Positions 18,533 through 28,889 of a stretch of DNA of 64,000 bases are shown one piece after another. This DNA comes from an uncultured Spirochaetota bacterium (GTDB lineage: Bacteria; Spirochaetota; Spirochaetia; SZUA-6; Fen-1364), in assembly GCA_963845535.1 (NCBI GenBank), contig CAWJSK010000011.1, forward strand, positions 1 through 64,000, written 5' to 3'. The notes below the pieces were generated by a model. It did no database searches and was not told the DNA's origin. It was given only the letters and a program-made list of their open reading frames with translations. Positions within the stretch are counted from its first letter, which is position 1, and the number at the start of each line of letters is the position of its first letter. The translations under genes were made by a program, and so were the position numbers.

Positions 18533-19091
18533 CCCGAAAGGACAGGCGCTGGATCCTCGACGGCCCGGCGGAGAGCACGGCCCGGCGGTGCTCCGGCGTG
18601 GGATACCCCTTGTGGCGCTCGAAGCCGTATGCCGGCTCGATCCGGGAGTACTCCTCCATCCAGCAGTCCCGCGCTGTCTTTGCGATGATGGAGGCGGCCA
18701 TGATCTCGGGGACCGTGGCATCTCCCTTGACGATGGCGTTGCTGGGGATTCCGCAGACGGGGCAGAACAGTCCGTCCACGAGCACCAAGGTGGGGCGTAC
18801 GGTGAGCGCCAGGATCGCGCGGCGCATGGCAAGGAGCGTGGCGTTGTGGATGTTGAAAGCGTCAATCTCCTCATGGGAGGCCCACCCAATGCTCCAGCCA
18901 ATGGCCTTGGACCGGATGACGGCAGCCGCCGCGGTCCGCTCGTCAGCGTCGAGGACCTTTGAATCATCCAGGATGTCTCTCGGGAAATCGCGCGGCAGGA
19001 TGACGGCGGCCGCGGTTACCGGCCCGGCAAGGGGCCCCCGCCCGGCTTCATCCACGCCGCAGATCAGCTCGCAGTCAGTCATTTCAGCCAC
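18519..19091 (-). CDS. rnhB: ribonuclease HII
   Basis: GVDEAGRGPLAG, DSK, LVDG, KGD, AASIIAK. Confidence 0.95.
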   Translation of the reverse strand: MAEMTDCELICGVDEAGRGPLAGPVTAAAVILPRDFPRDILDDSKVLDADERTAAAAVIRSKAIGWSIGWASHEEIDAFNIHNATLLAMRRAILALTVRPTLVLVDGLFCPVCGIPSNAIVKGDATVPEIMAASIIAKTARDCWMEEYSRIEPAYGFERHKGYPTPEHRRAVLSAGPSRIQRLSFRVTAP

Positions 19092-19191
19092 GCGCCTTGA
19101 CCACCCCCCCGCAAGGATGTTTAACTAAGTGCCGCTGGGAGCGGTACTTCTTGGTGATGGTGAGCGTAACGCATTTCGACTGGGAGCGAAA

Positions 19192-22008
19192 GTGTTTTTA
19201 AAGACTCTCGAAATTTTCGGCTTCAAATCATTTGCAGACAAGGTCAGGATCGAGTTCACGGACGGGGTGGCGGCTCTCCTGGGGCCCAACGGCTGCGGCA
19301 AGAGCAACGTCGTGGACGCCATGAAGTGGGTCCTCGGCGAGCAGTCCTCGAAATCGTTGCGCGCGGAGAACATGAACGACGTGATCTTCGCCGGCAGCGA
19401 CTCCCGAAAGCCCGTGAACGTCGCGGAGGTCACCCTTACCGTCTCCAACCAGGACGACGTCCTTCCCCTGAACCTCCCGGAAGTCTCCATACGGCGAAGA
19501 TTGTATCGCTCGGGTGAGAGCGAGTATTTCATCAACGGGAACCTCGTCAAGCTGCGGGAGGTCCGCGAGCTGTTCTTCGACACCGGGATCGGCAAGTCCG
19601 CCTATTCGATCATGGAACAGGGCAAGATCGACCAGCTCTTGTCCACGAAACCCGAGGAACGGCGCTTCGTCTTCGAAGAAGCGGCCGGGATCACGCGGTT
19701 TCGCGTCCGCGGCCAGGAGGCGGAGAGGAAGCTCGAGAAGACGGAGGAGAACATGCGCCACGTCGAGGGGATCCTCGACGAGGTGCGCCGGAGCTACAAC
19801 TCCCTCAAGGCGCAGGCGGAAAAGGCGGAAGCCTACCGCAAGCTGCGTGAGCAGATCTTCGAAGTCGAGCTCGAAATCCAGCTCCTTCGCCTGAAAGGGT
19901 TGCTGGAGGACAAGAAGAAGCGGGAAGGGCGCCTGGCGGAAAAGGAGAAGGCGCGGGATGAAATCCAGCGCGCCATAGACGCAGGCACGGCGTCCATCGC
20001 CCACCAGGCTGATCTCGTCAACTCCATGGAGTCCCAGCTCGTGGAGTCCCACAAGAAGCTCTACCAGCTCGACATGGAAAAGAATACGCGGGCCAACCAG
20101 ATCCACATCTTCCGGGAGAGGATTGCCGAGCTGGAGCGCAGCATTGAAGGGGATCAGGGACGGGAAAAGAACGTCGCCGACAAGCTGCGGGAGCTGGACG
20201 CGGAAAGCCAGCGCAGGAAAGTCGCGCTCACCGAGCTTGCCAGCCGTATCCAGGAGACTGAAGTCAATATCGAGGGGTTCACGCGGGACATCGACGGCTT
20301 CGGGGCTCGCGTACGCTCGAATGAGGAGACCATTCGGGAAAACGGCTCGGCCATCACCGGGCTGGAATCCGCCATGGAGGCTCTTCGAACGGAGCTGCGC
20401 GCAATCACGGAGGATATCGTCACGCAGTTGGACGCCCGCCTCAAGGAGATGGGCTACTCCTCGGCGGAGCGGCACTCCGTGGAGGGATCCATCGAAGAGG
20501 CCCTGAAGAGCCTGCGGATCCAGCTCGGTGGGAAGATCTCCATCCTGGAGGACGCAGCCGGCGTGGAGGGCGTCTCAAAGGCGGAGCGTGACAAGGTGGT
20601 CCAGAACACCATCGCCGTGTTGAAGGCGTCCCTGGAAAAACTCACGACGCTGGATCAGCTATTTGCCCGCTATCGCGGATTCACCCCGTCATTCCTGGAC
20701 GAGTTCCTTGCGCCCCAAGGCATCATCACCCGAAAGCGGGACATCGATGAGAGGATCAACGACAACGCCGGCGCGCAGCAGCGGCTACGCCAGCACAACG
20801 AGCAGCTCTCGCGGGACAACGACGGCTTGCGGGAAAAGATCGAGGAGTACCGACGGACCCTGGAAGACCTCCGCGTGAACCTCGCGCGGCTGCAGACGCA
20901 GCGCTCGGGGCTGCAGGAAGAGGTGGAGCGGCTCCGCCGGGAAAAGTCCGAGCAGGAGAAACTGCTCAGGGAGATCAGTCTCCAGATAGAAGAGACGCGC
21001 CAGAAGCGCGCTGAGACGCAACAACGGATCGCCTCCGCGGAGAAGGAGCGCGCGCGTTTCGAATCGGAGGAAAAGGAGGCGCGCTCCGCGCTGGCCGGGC
21101 TGGAGGGCCAGATAAGCTCGCAGAACAAGGAGCTTCTCGAGAAGCAGGAGGACCTGAAGCAGCGGAACGCGCTCCTGTCGCGCGCGCAGTCCGAGATCGA
21201 AAAGATGCAGATCGAGGTCGCGGAGATTCGCACGGAGATTCGGGACCTCCATGCCACCTTCACGGAGCGCTTCTCCCGCGACCTTTCGGAGTACGAGACT
21301 CGGATCCCGGACCTCGCGCCCAACCGCGACCTTCGTCCGCGGCTCGGCGAGCTGCGGGAAGAGATGAAAAAGCTCGGGCAGGTCAACCTCATGGCTTCGG
21401 AGGAGTTCGCCGAGGTCAAGGACAGGTTCGATTTCCTCACGGGACAGCTCGGAGACCTGACGCGGGGCCGTGAGGACCTGAAAAGGGTCACAACGGAAAT
21501 CCGCACGGAATCCACGGAGCTTTTTCTGGACACGTACAACAAGATCAAGAAGAACTTCCACACGGTGTTCCGCAGACTTTTCGGCGGAGGAAGGGCCGAG
21601 CTGCGGCTGGAGAACCCGGAAGCCCCGCTGGATTCCGGGATCGAGGTCTTTGCGCAGCCCCCGGGGAAGAAGCTGGAAAACATCCATCTGTTGTCCGGCG
21701 GTGAAAGGTCGCTGACCGGCGTTGCCCTCATGTTTGCAATCTACATGGTGAAGCCGTCTCCGTTCTGCCTTCTTGATGAGATCGATGCAGCGCTGGATGA
21801 GGAGAACGTGAGCCGGCTCAGCACAATGCTCAAGGAGTTCGCCTCCAACTCCCAGTTCATCGTGATCACGCACAACAAACGCACGGTTGCCGGCGCCGAC
21901 GTGCTGTACGGCGTGACCATGGAGGAATCCGGCGTCTCGAAGCTCGTCGCTGTCCGGCTGGAGAACAAGGAGCGAGGTGAAACTGTCCCTTCGGCTGCCC
22001 CGGCTTGA
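19192..22008 (+). CDS. smc: chromosome segregation SMC ATPase (short spirochaete type)
   Basis: FKSFAD, GPNGCGKSN, coiled coils, LSGGE, LDEIDAALD; start GTG 19192. Confidence 0.92.
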   Translation: MFLKTLEIFGFKSFADKVRIEFTDGVAALLGPNGCGKSNVVDAMKWVLGEQSSKSLRAENMNDVIFAGSDSRKPVNVAEVTLTVSNQDDVLPLNLPEVSIRRRLYRSGESEYFINGNLVKLREVRELFFDTGIGKSAYSIMEQGKIDQLLSTKPEERRFVFEEAAGITRFRVRGQEAERKLEKTEENMRHVEGILDEVRRSYNSLKAQAEKAEAYRKLREQIFEVELEIQLLRLKGLLEDKKKREGRLAEKEKARDEIQRAIDAGTASIAHQADLVNSMESQLVESHKKLYQLDMEKNTRANQIHIFRERIAELERSIEGDQGREKNVADKLRELDAESQRRKVALTELASRIQETEVNIEGFTRDIDGFGARVRSNEETIRENGSAITGLESAMEALRTELRAITEDIVTQLDARLKEMGYSSAERHSVEGSIEEALKSLRIQLGGKISILEDAAGVEGVSKAERDKVVQNTIAVLKASLEKLTTLDQLFARYRGFTPSFLDEFLAPQGIITRKRDIDERINDNAGAQQRLRQHNEQLSRDNDGLREKIEEYRRTLEDLRVNLARLQTQRSGLQEEVERLRREKSEQEKLLREISLQIEETRQKRAETQQRIASAEKERARFESEEKEARSALAGLEGQISSQNKELLEKQEDLKQRNALLSRAQSEIEKMQIEVAEIRTEIRDLHATFTERFSRDLSEYETRIPDLAPNRDLRPRLGELREEMKKLGQVNLMASEEFAEVKDRFDFLTGQLGDLTRGREDLKRVTTEIRTESTELFLDTYNKIKKNFHTVFRRLFGGGRAELRLENPEAPLDSGIEVFAQPPGKKLENIHLLSGGERSLTGVALMFAIYMVKPSPFCLLDEIDAALDEENVSRLSTMLKEFASNSQFIVITHNKRTVAGADVLYGVTMEESGVSKLVAVRLENKERGETVPSAAPA

Positions 22009-22429
22009 GAAAGCTCGGGAGATCCTTCGAGCGAGGGCCGTGTCCTTGCGCGGCGGCGCGCGGATCGTGGCGCGCCGCGAGGTGGCTGTCATCGCCGCCG
22101 CGGCCGCGCTTTCCGTCGTCGTCACGCTGATCGTCCTGACGGTCTCTTCCAACGCGCGGGAACGTCGCGCAGCGGATCAGGCGCGGCAGAAACAGGAAGA
22201 GGTGGCCGTCCCCCGGGACGAGGGCTCGTTGTCTGCGGATGATTTCATTCTGCCCGCCGCTCCGCCGGCGGACCAGCCGCCGGCGTATTATCCTTTCAGG
22301 CCTCGCGTCCTGAAATGGAGCAAAGAGAATGTGGAAAAGTTCTGGGTGCCTCCCCGACAGATAGCCGCCGACACTCTGGGGACAATCAACGACAGGAACA
22401 TGGAAAGCATGTTCGAGAAGGTCCCGTGA
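21977..22429 (+). CDS. hypothetical single-TM protein
   Basis: one TM segment; overlaps smc stop and abuts next gene. Confidence 0.6.
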   Translation: MKLSLRLPRLEKAREILRARAVSLRGGARIVARREVAVIAAAAALSVVVTLIVLTVSSNARERRAADQARQKQEEVAVPRDEGSLSADDFILPAAPPADQPPAYYPFRPRVLKWSKENVEKFWVPPRQIAADTLGTINDRNMESMFEKVP

Positions 22430-22431
22430 GG

Positions 22432-23886
22432 ATGAAAATCCTCCTGATCGCTGCAGCAGCTATCATGGCGGTTTCATGCGCCTCCGCGCCGCCGCAGAAA
22501 GCCTCTCAGGCCTCATCGCCCGCCGACGCCGCCTCTGAAAGACCGTCCGCTGGGCCGTCAAAGGATCAGCCGGCAAAAGACAAGCCCGTCGAAGATTCGC
22601 TGCCGGCGGGGCAGGAGGCGGAAAACGCCCCGCCGAAGCCCGCTGACGTTCCCCTTGGGCTCCCGCCGGAGCCTCAAGCCAAGGCGGCAGCCAAGGTCGA
22701 GTCAGTCCAGCCCGCGGAATCGACCTCGGCGGAGAGTTTCCCGCTGAGCGCGCCCCAGCCGCCGTCAACGCCGAAGCCGCAGACCGGCGCCGCAAAGCCG
22801 CAGGCCAGCGCCGCAAAGCCGCAGGCCAGCGCCGCAAAGCCGCAGGCCAGCGCGCCCAGTCCGTCGCAAGGCGCATCGAAGGCCGTCGCCGCGTCAAAGC
22901 AGACGGCGGCAGCCCAACCGGACGCCGTCTCGGCGCAGCCCGCGCAGCAACCTCAGCCCGCAGCCACATACGGCACATTGCGCGAGATCTACGCACGGGC
23001 AGGGGATGACGTGCAGATTGGCCTCGACGGGATCGGTTTCCTCTTCCTGGGCTTCCCCGACAGGAGTCCGAATGGAGACGGGATGTCATTCAAGGGGAAA
23101 GACACCCGGGACGGAAAGACATGGTTCAGCTTCCAGGCGTTGAAGCTGGGGACGTATGATCTGGATTTCCTGAGACAGGACAACACCACGGGGACTTCAG
23201 CGAAGGAGACGGTGCGGGTTCACGTCGTATCGGACGCGGACTTCGCGGCGGCCGTGGCGCAAGGCCAGTCGCAGACGCCTGCTTCCACGGAGGCTGCCGG
23301 TGACCCTGCCTTTGCCGCCAGGCTGGCAAGCCTGGGACAGTACGATGCGGCGCTGGCTGAGCTTCTCAGAGGCTATCGCGACGGAAATCCAAGCCTCAAT
23401 GACAGCATCGCCCAGCTCTACATGCGTACCGGTGCCTTTGACGCTGCCGGCAAATATTTCACCAAGAACCTCGCCGAGCAAAGTCCGTACGGGGACAGCG
23501 CGGTCCTGGGGCTCACGAAGATCGCCGTCGCTCAGAAGGATCAGGCGGAGCTTCTTGCGCTGTTGAAGCGTCTCCTTGCCGTCAAGGACCCGGGGCTGGA
23601 GGAAACACTCCTTGTCGCGGCGCGCTTCGAAAGGGAGAGACAGGAGGCAGGGCTCGGGATCGATCTCGCCACTGAGTACCTGACGCGCTATCCGGACGGA
23701 AAGTGGCGGGATGAAGCGGACTTCATCCTGGCGCAGCTGCTGGAGAATGATTCGCAGTTTCGGGACCTGCCGCGGGCGCGCGCGACGTACAAGGAGATCC
23801 TCATCCGTTTCCCCGAGAGCCCTTTTGCCGCCGCGGCCCAGCAGCGCATTGCGTACATCGACAGGCATTTTTTCGAGATCAGGTGA
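22432..23886 (+). CDS. lipoprotein with Ala/Pro-rich linker and C-terminal TPR (BamD-like) region
   Basis: lipobox-like MAVSC; YPDGKWRDEA and FPESPFAAAA TPR motifs. Confidence 0.7.
   Translation: MKILLIAAAAIMAVSCASAPPQKASQASSPADAASERPSAGPSKDQPAKDKPVEDSLPAGQEAENAPPKPADVPLGLPPEPQAKAAAKVESVQPAESTSAESFPLSAPQPPSTPKPQTGAAKPQASAAKPQASAAKPQASAPSPSQGASKAVAASKQTAAAQPDAVSAQPAQQPQPAATYGTLREIYARAGDDVQIGLDGIGFLFLGFPDRSPNGDGMSFKGKDTRDGKTWFSFQALKLGTYDLDFLRQDNTTGTSAKETVRVHVVSDADFAAAVAQGQSQTPASTEAAGDPAFAARLASLGQYDAALAELLRGYRDGNPSLNDSIAQLYMRTGAFDAAGKYFTKNLAEQSPYGDSAVLGLTKIAVAQKDQAELLALLKRLLAVKDPGLEETLLVAARFERERQEAGLGIDLATEYLTRYPDGKWRDEADFILAQLLENDSQFRDLPRARATYKEILIRFPESPFAAAAQQRIAYIDRHFFEIR
22787..22853 (+). 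repeat. 21-bp tandem repeat x3 encoding AAKPQAS
   Basis: GCGCCGCAAAGCCGCAGGCCA three exact copies. Confidence 0.9.
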
Positions 23887-23925
23887 CGATCCGGTGACTC
23901 GGCGGGGTGGGGAGCAACCTCATCC

Positions 23926-23954
23926 TTGACACTGCAAGGCGTTATCGGTATATA
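23926..23954 (+). promoter_or_regulatory. sigma70-like promoter of ffh operon
   Basis: TTGACA-17-TATATA. Confidence 0.6.
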
Positions 23955-23989
23955 TTGGCCTGTTCAATACTTACGAAGAACGGACACTG

Positions 23990-25324
23990 ATGCTTGAGAA
24001 ACTGAGCGGCAAGCTGGCTGATCTTGTCAGGCAGATCGGCGGCAAGGCCCAGATATCCGAAAAGAACATCCAGGACGCGATCAACGAGATCAAGATCGCC
24101 CTGCTCGAAGCGGACGTCAATCTCCGTGTCGTGCGAAGGTTCGTGAACCAGGCCACCGAGGAGGCGCTCGGAGAGAAGGTGCTGCGCTCGGTCAGCCCGG
24201 GCCAGCAGTTCGTGAAGATCATCTATGACAAGATGGTCGGTCTCCTGGGAGGGCAGAACCAGGGGCTCGTGCTCAAAGGGCCGGATACCCAGTCGGTCAT
24301 CCTCCTGGCCGGTCTCCAGGGCTCGGGGAAGACCACCACGGCGGGCAAGCTTGCCCTGATGCTGAAGGAAAAGGGCCGCAAGCCTCTCCTTGTTGCGGCT
24401 GACCTGCAGCGCCCCGCAGCGGTGGAGCAGTTGGCGGTCCTTGCTGAAAAGGCGGGCGTGCCGGTGCACAGGGAAGCGGTGACGGACCCCGTACGCGTCG
24501 TGGAAGGGGCCCTTGCCCGGGCGCGGAGGGAGCAGCTTGACGTCGTGATTGTCGACACGTCGGGCCGGCTCCAGGTGGACGAATCACTGATGGCGGAGCT
24601 CGTGAGGATCCGCACGGCGGCGGCGCCGGACGAAGTGCTCCTTGTTGCTGACGCCATGACCGGGCAGAACGCCGTGGAGATTGCGCGGGAGTTCAATGAG
24701 AAGGTCTCCCTCACGGGCGTCATTCTCACGAAGTTCGACTCGGATACACGGGGCGGCGCCGCCCTCTCCGTGAAGAGCATCACGGGCACGCCCGTGAAGT
24801 TCGTCGGCGTGAGCGAGAAGCTTGACGGCCTCGAGCCGTTTTACCCGGAGCGCATTGCCTCCCGGATCCTCGGCATGGGGGACGTGGTCACCCTGGTCGA
24901 GAAGGCGCAGAAGACCATGGAGGCGGGGGAGGCGCTGGAGCTTCAGAACAAGCTCGCCTCGGAGACCTTCACGCTGGAGGATATGCTGGACCAGTACCGC
25001 CGGATGCGCAAGATGGGAAGCCTCCAGTCGATCATGGAGATGATCCCCGGGCTCAAGGGGTCGGGCGTGGAGGACAAGATAGATGAGAAGGGGATGAAGC
25101 GAGAGGAAGCCATGATTCTCTCCATGACCTTTTCCGAGCGGAAAAACTATCGAATCATAGGCCCGCGGAGGCGCGCAAGGATTGCGCGGGGAAGCGGCAC
25201 CTCTGTTTTCGAGGTGAACAGGTTCTTGAAAAAATTCGAGAAGACGTGTCTTATGATGAAAAAGATGTCCCGCAACTCGAAGTATCAGGCCCAGGTGCTG
25301 TCACAGCTCGGCGCCGGGGAATAG
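23990..25324 (+). CDS. ffh: signal recognition particle protein
   Basis: ALLEADV, GLQGSGKTTT, DTSGR, TKFD, RILGMGD. Confidence 0.97.
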   Translation: MLEKLSGKLADLVRQIGGKAQISEKNIQDAINEIKIALLEADVNLRVVRRFVNQATEEALGEKVLRSVSPGQQFVKIIYDKMVGLLGGQNQGLVLKGPDTQSVILLAGLQGSGKTTTAGKLALMLKEKGRKPLLVAADLQRPAAVEQLAVLAEKAGVPVHREAVTDPVRVVEGALARARREQLDVVIVDTSGRLQVDESLMAELVRIRTAAAPDEVLLVADAMTGQNAVEIAREFNEKVSLTGVILTKFDSDTRGGAALSVKSITGTPVKFVGVSEKLDGLEPFYPERIASRILGMGDVVTLVEKAQKTMEAGEALELQNKLASETFTLEDMLDQYRRMRKMGSLQSIMEMIPGLKGSGVEDKIDEKGMKREEAMILSMTFSERKNYRIIGPRRRARIARGSGTSVFEVNRFLKKFEKTCLMMKKMSRNSKYQAQVLSQLGAGE

Positions 25325-25337
25325 GAGGAGGACGCCA

Positions 25338-25583
25338 GTGAGCGTGCGCATCAGGCTGAAGAGGTTCGGAACGAAGAAGCGGCCTTTCTACCGCATTGTG
25401 GTCATGGATTCACGGACTCCTCGGGACGGCCGTGTGCTCGAGGAAGTCGGTCTGTATCACCCCATCGAGCCGAAGGAGAAGCAGATCTCCATCAGCGCGG
25501 ACCGCGTGAAGGACTGGCTCACACGAGGGGCCACTCCCTCGGCCACCGTCAAGCGGCTCCTGAACAGGACCGCCAGAGCGTAG
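25338..25583 (+). CDS. rpsP: 30S ribosomal protein S16
   Basis: VRIRLKRFGTKKRPFYRIVV. Confidence 0.97.
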   Translation: MSVRIRLKRFGTKKRPFYRIVVMDSRTPRDGRVLEEVGLYHPIEPKEKQISISADRVKDWLTRGATPSATVKRLLNRTARA

Positions 25584-25654
25584 GGGTCGGCCGAGGCTCC
25601 GAACAGCCCGGCTGTGCCCGGGGCGCCTCTTCGTGCTCCGAAAAGGAGAGAAAC

Positions 25655-25888
25655 GTGGAAAAAGATCTCGTGGAGTACATTGCGAAGACGCTCGTGGATG
25701 ATCCCACGGGCGTTGCCGTGAACATGATCGAAGGGGAAAAGTCCACCATCCTCGAGCTGAAGGTTGCAGACGCCGACATCGGCAAGGTGATCGGAAAGCA
25801 TGGACGTATTGCAAAAGCCATACGGACGCTCCTGAGCGCGGCATCCACAAAATCCGGCAAGCGGGTGGTGCTGGAGATCCTGGACTGA
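25655..25888 (+). CDS. khpA: KH-domain RNA-binding protein
   Basis: DIGKVIGKHGRIAKAIR; position between rpsP and rimM. Confidence 0.9.
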   Translation: MEKDLVEYIAKTLVDDPTGVAVNMIEGEKSTILELKVADADIGKVIGKHGRIAKAIRTLLSAASTKSGKRVVLEILD

Positions 25889-25918
25889 GCTCGGGCGCCG
25901 GTCGGAGATCACGCAGGC

Positions 25919-26425
25919 ATGGACGCTGAGCTTCTGGCTGTCGGTGTGATCACGGGAACGAGCGGCGTGCACGGTGAGTTGAAGTGCAAGAGCTTCTCCG
26001 GCGAGCCGGGGCGGTTTGCCGGTGTTTCGGAGGCTCTGTTTCGAAAGGGGACCAGGGAAAAGAAGCTTCGAATAGAAGCCGCGCGTCCTCGGCCGCAGGG
26101 GACAGTGCTCAAGATTGCGGGCATGGAAACTCCTGAGGATGCGCGCAGACTGGTGGGCTGGGAGGTTTGGCTGCCACGAGAGCACGCGGCTCGCCTGGGA
26201 AAGGGTGAGTTCTATACGGCGGACCTCTGCACGTGCACGGTATGGTTCGGGACGGAGTTGATCGGGACCGTGCGCTCCATCTTTGAGGGCGGGGCAGCCC
26301 AGCTCTTGGAGGTGGTGAACCAGGCCGGCAGGACGTTTCTTGTTCCGTTCACGGACCACTTTGTGGGTGACGTTGACGTGGCGTCCGGCAGGATCTCCCT
26401 GAGGGAGGATGAGATCGTCAGATGA
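25919..26425 (+). CDS. rimM: 16S rRNA processing protein
   Basis: VG.I...GVHGELK, GEFY..DL, LVPF; synteny. Confidence 0.92.
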   Translation: MDAELLAVGVITGTSGVHGELKCKSFSGEPGRFAGVSEALFRKGTREKKLRIEAARPRPQGTVLKIAGMETPEDARRLVGWEVWLPREHAARLGKGEFYTADLCTCTVWFGTELIGTVRSIFEGGAAQLLEVVNQAGRTFLVPFTDHFVGDVDVASGRISLREDEIVR

Positions 26426-27189
26426 CCGTCACCATCCTCACCCTTTTCCCCGGTCTGTTCGACGGGTTCCTGACGAGCTCCATCCTGGCGCGGGCAATCG
26501 CACGGGGGCTCATCGAGGTGCGGCTTGTCGACATTCGCGACTATGCGAAAGACAAGCACCGGGTCTGTGATGACGCGGCATACGGGGGCGGGCCGGGAAT
26601 GGTCATGAAGGCGGAGCCAATCGCCGCTGCGCTGGAAGCCAACGGCGCGCGGGCGGGGGAGCCGGGCAACCCCGTGAAGGTCGTCTACCTGACCCCTGCA
26701 GGCAGGCCGTTTACGCAGGCAGTTGCTTCCGAGCTTGCGAAGGAGAAGGGGCTGGTGCTCCTGTGCGGGAGGTACGAAGGAATCGACCAAAGGGTGATCG
26801 ACGCTTTCGTGACGGATGAGATATCCATTGGGGACTACGTCCTTTCCGGCGGCGAGGTTGCCGCCATGGCGGTGGTGGACTCCATTGCGCGGCTGATTCC
26901 GGGCGTGATAACGGGTGATTCCCTGGAGGAAGAGAGCTTCGCCTCCGGGCTTCTCGAATACCCGCACTACACGAGACCCGAGGTGTTTCGGGGCGTCAAC
27001 GTACCGGATGTCCTTGTTTCGGGGCATCACGAGAAGATACGCCAGTGGCGCCTCAGGAAGAGCATAGAGAAGACCATGAGGTTCCGTCCGGAGCTCCTGG
27101 GGTCGGACAGCCTTCCGGTGGAGGCGCGGGAGCTTTACAGGAAGATCAGGGGAGAAGGAGTGGAGAATGAACGCAATCAAGGCGCTTGA
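26422..27189 (+). CDS. trmD: tRNA (guanine-N1)-methyltransferase
   Basis: [29 protein letters not shown]. Confidence 0.97.
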   Translation: MTVTILTLFPGLFDGFLTSSILARAIARGLIEVRLVDIRDYAKDKHRVCDDAAYGGGPGMVMKAEPIAAALEANGARAGEPGNPVKVVYLTPAGRPFTQAVASELAKEKGLVLLCGRYEGIDQRVIDAFVTDEISIGDYVLSGGEVAAMAVVDSIARLIPGVITGDSLEEESFASGLLEYPHYTRPEVFRGVNVPDVLVSGHHEKIRQWRLRKSIEKTMRFRPELLGSDSLPVEARELYRKIRGEGVENERNQGA

Positions 27190-27589
27190 AGCGGAGCAGA
27201 TGAAGCAGAACGTGGAAGAGTTCCGCATCGGTGATACCGTGAAGGTCCATTACAAGATCATCGAAGGCAAGACCGAGCGCGTGCAGGTCTTCGAAGGGAT
27301 CGTGCTGGCAATGAAACGGGACGGACTTCGCAAGACCTTTACCGTACGAAAGATCAGCTACGGCGTCGGTGTCGAGAGGATTTTCCCCATGCACTCCCCC
27401 CGGATCGCAAAAGTCATCCGGGTGCGGGAAGGCAAAGTGCGCCGCGCGAAGCTGTACTACCTGCGCGGCCGCTACGGCAAGTCCGCGAAGGTCCAGGAGC
27501 TGATCCACCGCAAGCGCGAGAAAGTGCCCGAGACCGGTTCCACCGAGCAGCCTGAGACCGCGGCCGCCGGGCCCGCGGAGAAGGTCTGA
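27167..27589 (+). CDS. rplS: 50S ribosomal protein L19
   Basis: [23 protein letters not shown]. Confidence 0.97.
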   Translation: MNAIKALEAEQMKQNVEEFRIGDTVKVHYKIIEGKTERVQVFEGIVLAMKRDGLRKTFTVRKISYGVGVERIFPMHSPRIAKVIRVREGKVRRAKLYYLRGRYGKSAKVQELIHRKREKVPETGSTEQPETAAAGPAEKV

Positions 27590-27614
27590 GCGGAAGGGCG
27601 CCGGCCCCCTCGGT

Positions 27615-28622
27615 GTGAGTGGGCCTCCTATGACACCAGGCGCCGTCTCCGGCGCCATGCAGCTTTCCCTGCGGCCGGGACTCCGGCTGCGGCCGGGTGA
27701 CACTGTCGTCGTCACCGTCATCAAGCAGCTTTCGGCCGGCAAATGGGCAGTGGGGATCGGCGGGCGCGTCTATCCAGCATATTCGAACCTCCTCCTTGAT
27801 CCCGGAGCGGTCCTGCGGGCGCGCGTCAGCTCGGCTGCGGGCCGGTTGCTTCTGTCCCTTTCCCCGGAAGCACAGGATCCGTTTCAGGCCGCGCTGATCC
27901 GGGAAGGCATCCCCGGCGGCGCCGCGTCACAGATGATTGCGCGGGCTCTCATCCTGGGCGGGCTTCCCGTCCGCGGGGAGACCATCGAGCGAGTGAGAGT
28001 CCTCCTCTCACGTCTCAGGCTGCCCGCGCAGAAAGGGGCGCGGCTCATCGCAACCCTTCTTGACAAGGGGATAGACCCGTCAAGCCGTGGAATCGACGCC
28101 CTCCTGGGGATGCTCGCCTTCGGCGAGCGGGGCGGAGGGGACCCGCGCCGCTACCGGGGGAAACCGCTGCCTGCTACCGCCGGAGCGGTCAAAGAGTTCG
28201 TGGCCGGACTTGCCGTTTCCAACCCTGACGCGGCGGATGCCCTCCAGGCGTTCAACCACACAAGGGGCAAAGCGCAGACGTGGGTCGTAGTGCCTTTCGT
28301 CTTCGACGCGGAACGTGACCGCCTGGCGGGAACAATCAAGATACTCTTCGACCCGTTCCTTCTCCGTCCGCTCAGGTTGGCCCTCACGGTGGAGGGGCTG
28401 TCGTTCTGGCTTCCGCTGGAAGGGAAAAAGCGGAAGCTGTCCATCTTCTGTGATGACCCGGTGCGCGCGGCCTCGGTAAAGCGGGGACTGGACAGGCTGC
28501 GGGCAAAATTCCATAACATGGGAATGGAAGTTGACGATACTGTATACGGAGGGGATGACTTTGACGGGTTTTCCCCCGTTGCGGAGGGGGCCTCCCTCCC
28601 GATCATCGATGTGGCGGGGTAA
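27615..28622 (+). CDS. hypothetical protein (spirochaete, upstream of flhB-like gene)
   Basis: 335 aa ORF fills operon gap; start may be ATG 27630. Confidence 0.6.
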   Translation: MSGPPMTPGAVSGAMQLSLRPGLRLRPGDTVVVTVIKQLSAGKWAVGIGGRVYPAYSNLLLDPGAVLRARVSSAAGRLLLSLSPEAQDPFQAALIREGIPGGAASQMIARALILGGLPVRGETIERVRVLLSRLRLPAQKGARLIATLLDKGIDPSSRGIDALLGMLAFGERGGGDPRRYRGKPLPATAGAVKEFVAGLAVSNPDAADALQAFNHTRGKAQTWVVVPFVFDAERDRLAGTIKILFDPFLLRPLRLALTVEGLSFWLPLEGKKRKLSIFCDDPVRAASVKRGLDRLRAKFHNMGMEVDDTVYGGDDFDGFSPVAEGASLPIIDVAG

Positions 28623-28625
28623 TTC

Positions 28626-28889
28626 GTGACGGGGCGTGAGGACAAGGCGGTGGCAATCCATTATACGGAGGAGTTGCCGGCGCCCATTGTCCTGGCCTCG
28701 GGGAGGGGACGAGTGGCGGAAGCCATCGTGCGAATTGCGCGTGAGAGCGGGGTCACCCTGGTCGCGGACCCCGACCTGGCGGACGCCCTGATCCCACTGG
28801 AAATCAACTCCCTCATACCGGAGTCCCTCTACGAAGTGATTGCCGCGCTCCTGGTTTTCGTCAGAGGGTTGAAAGCAGAAAAGGAATGA
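28626..28889 (+). CDS. FlhB C-terminal-like (EscU/YscU family) small protein
   Basis: KAVAIHY...APIVLASGRG..AE.I, IPESLYEVIA. Confidence 0.85.
   Translation: MTGREDKAVAIHYTEELPAPIVLASGRGRVAEAIVRIARESGVTLVADPDLADALIPLEINSLIPESLYEVIAALLVFVRGLKAEKE

Noticed and set aside
19192..22008. Short SMC without an obvious canonical hinge
   Set aside because: Short SMC-like proteins are, to my knowledge, usual in spirochaetes
22787..22853. Tandem repeats as a CRISPR array (also 61643-61732 and 63201-63237)
   Set aside because: No spacers and no cas genes; two of the three are in-frame coding linkers
23886..23990. SRP RNA next to ffh
   Set aside because: No SRP helix-8 motif seen; the region contains a promoter instead
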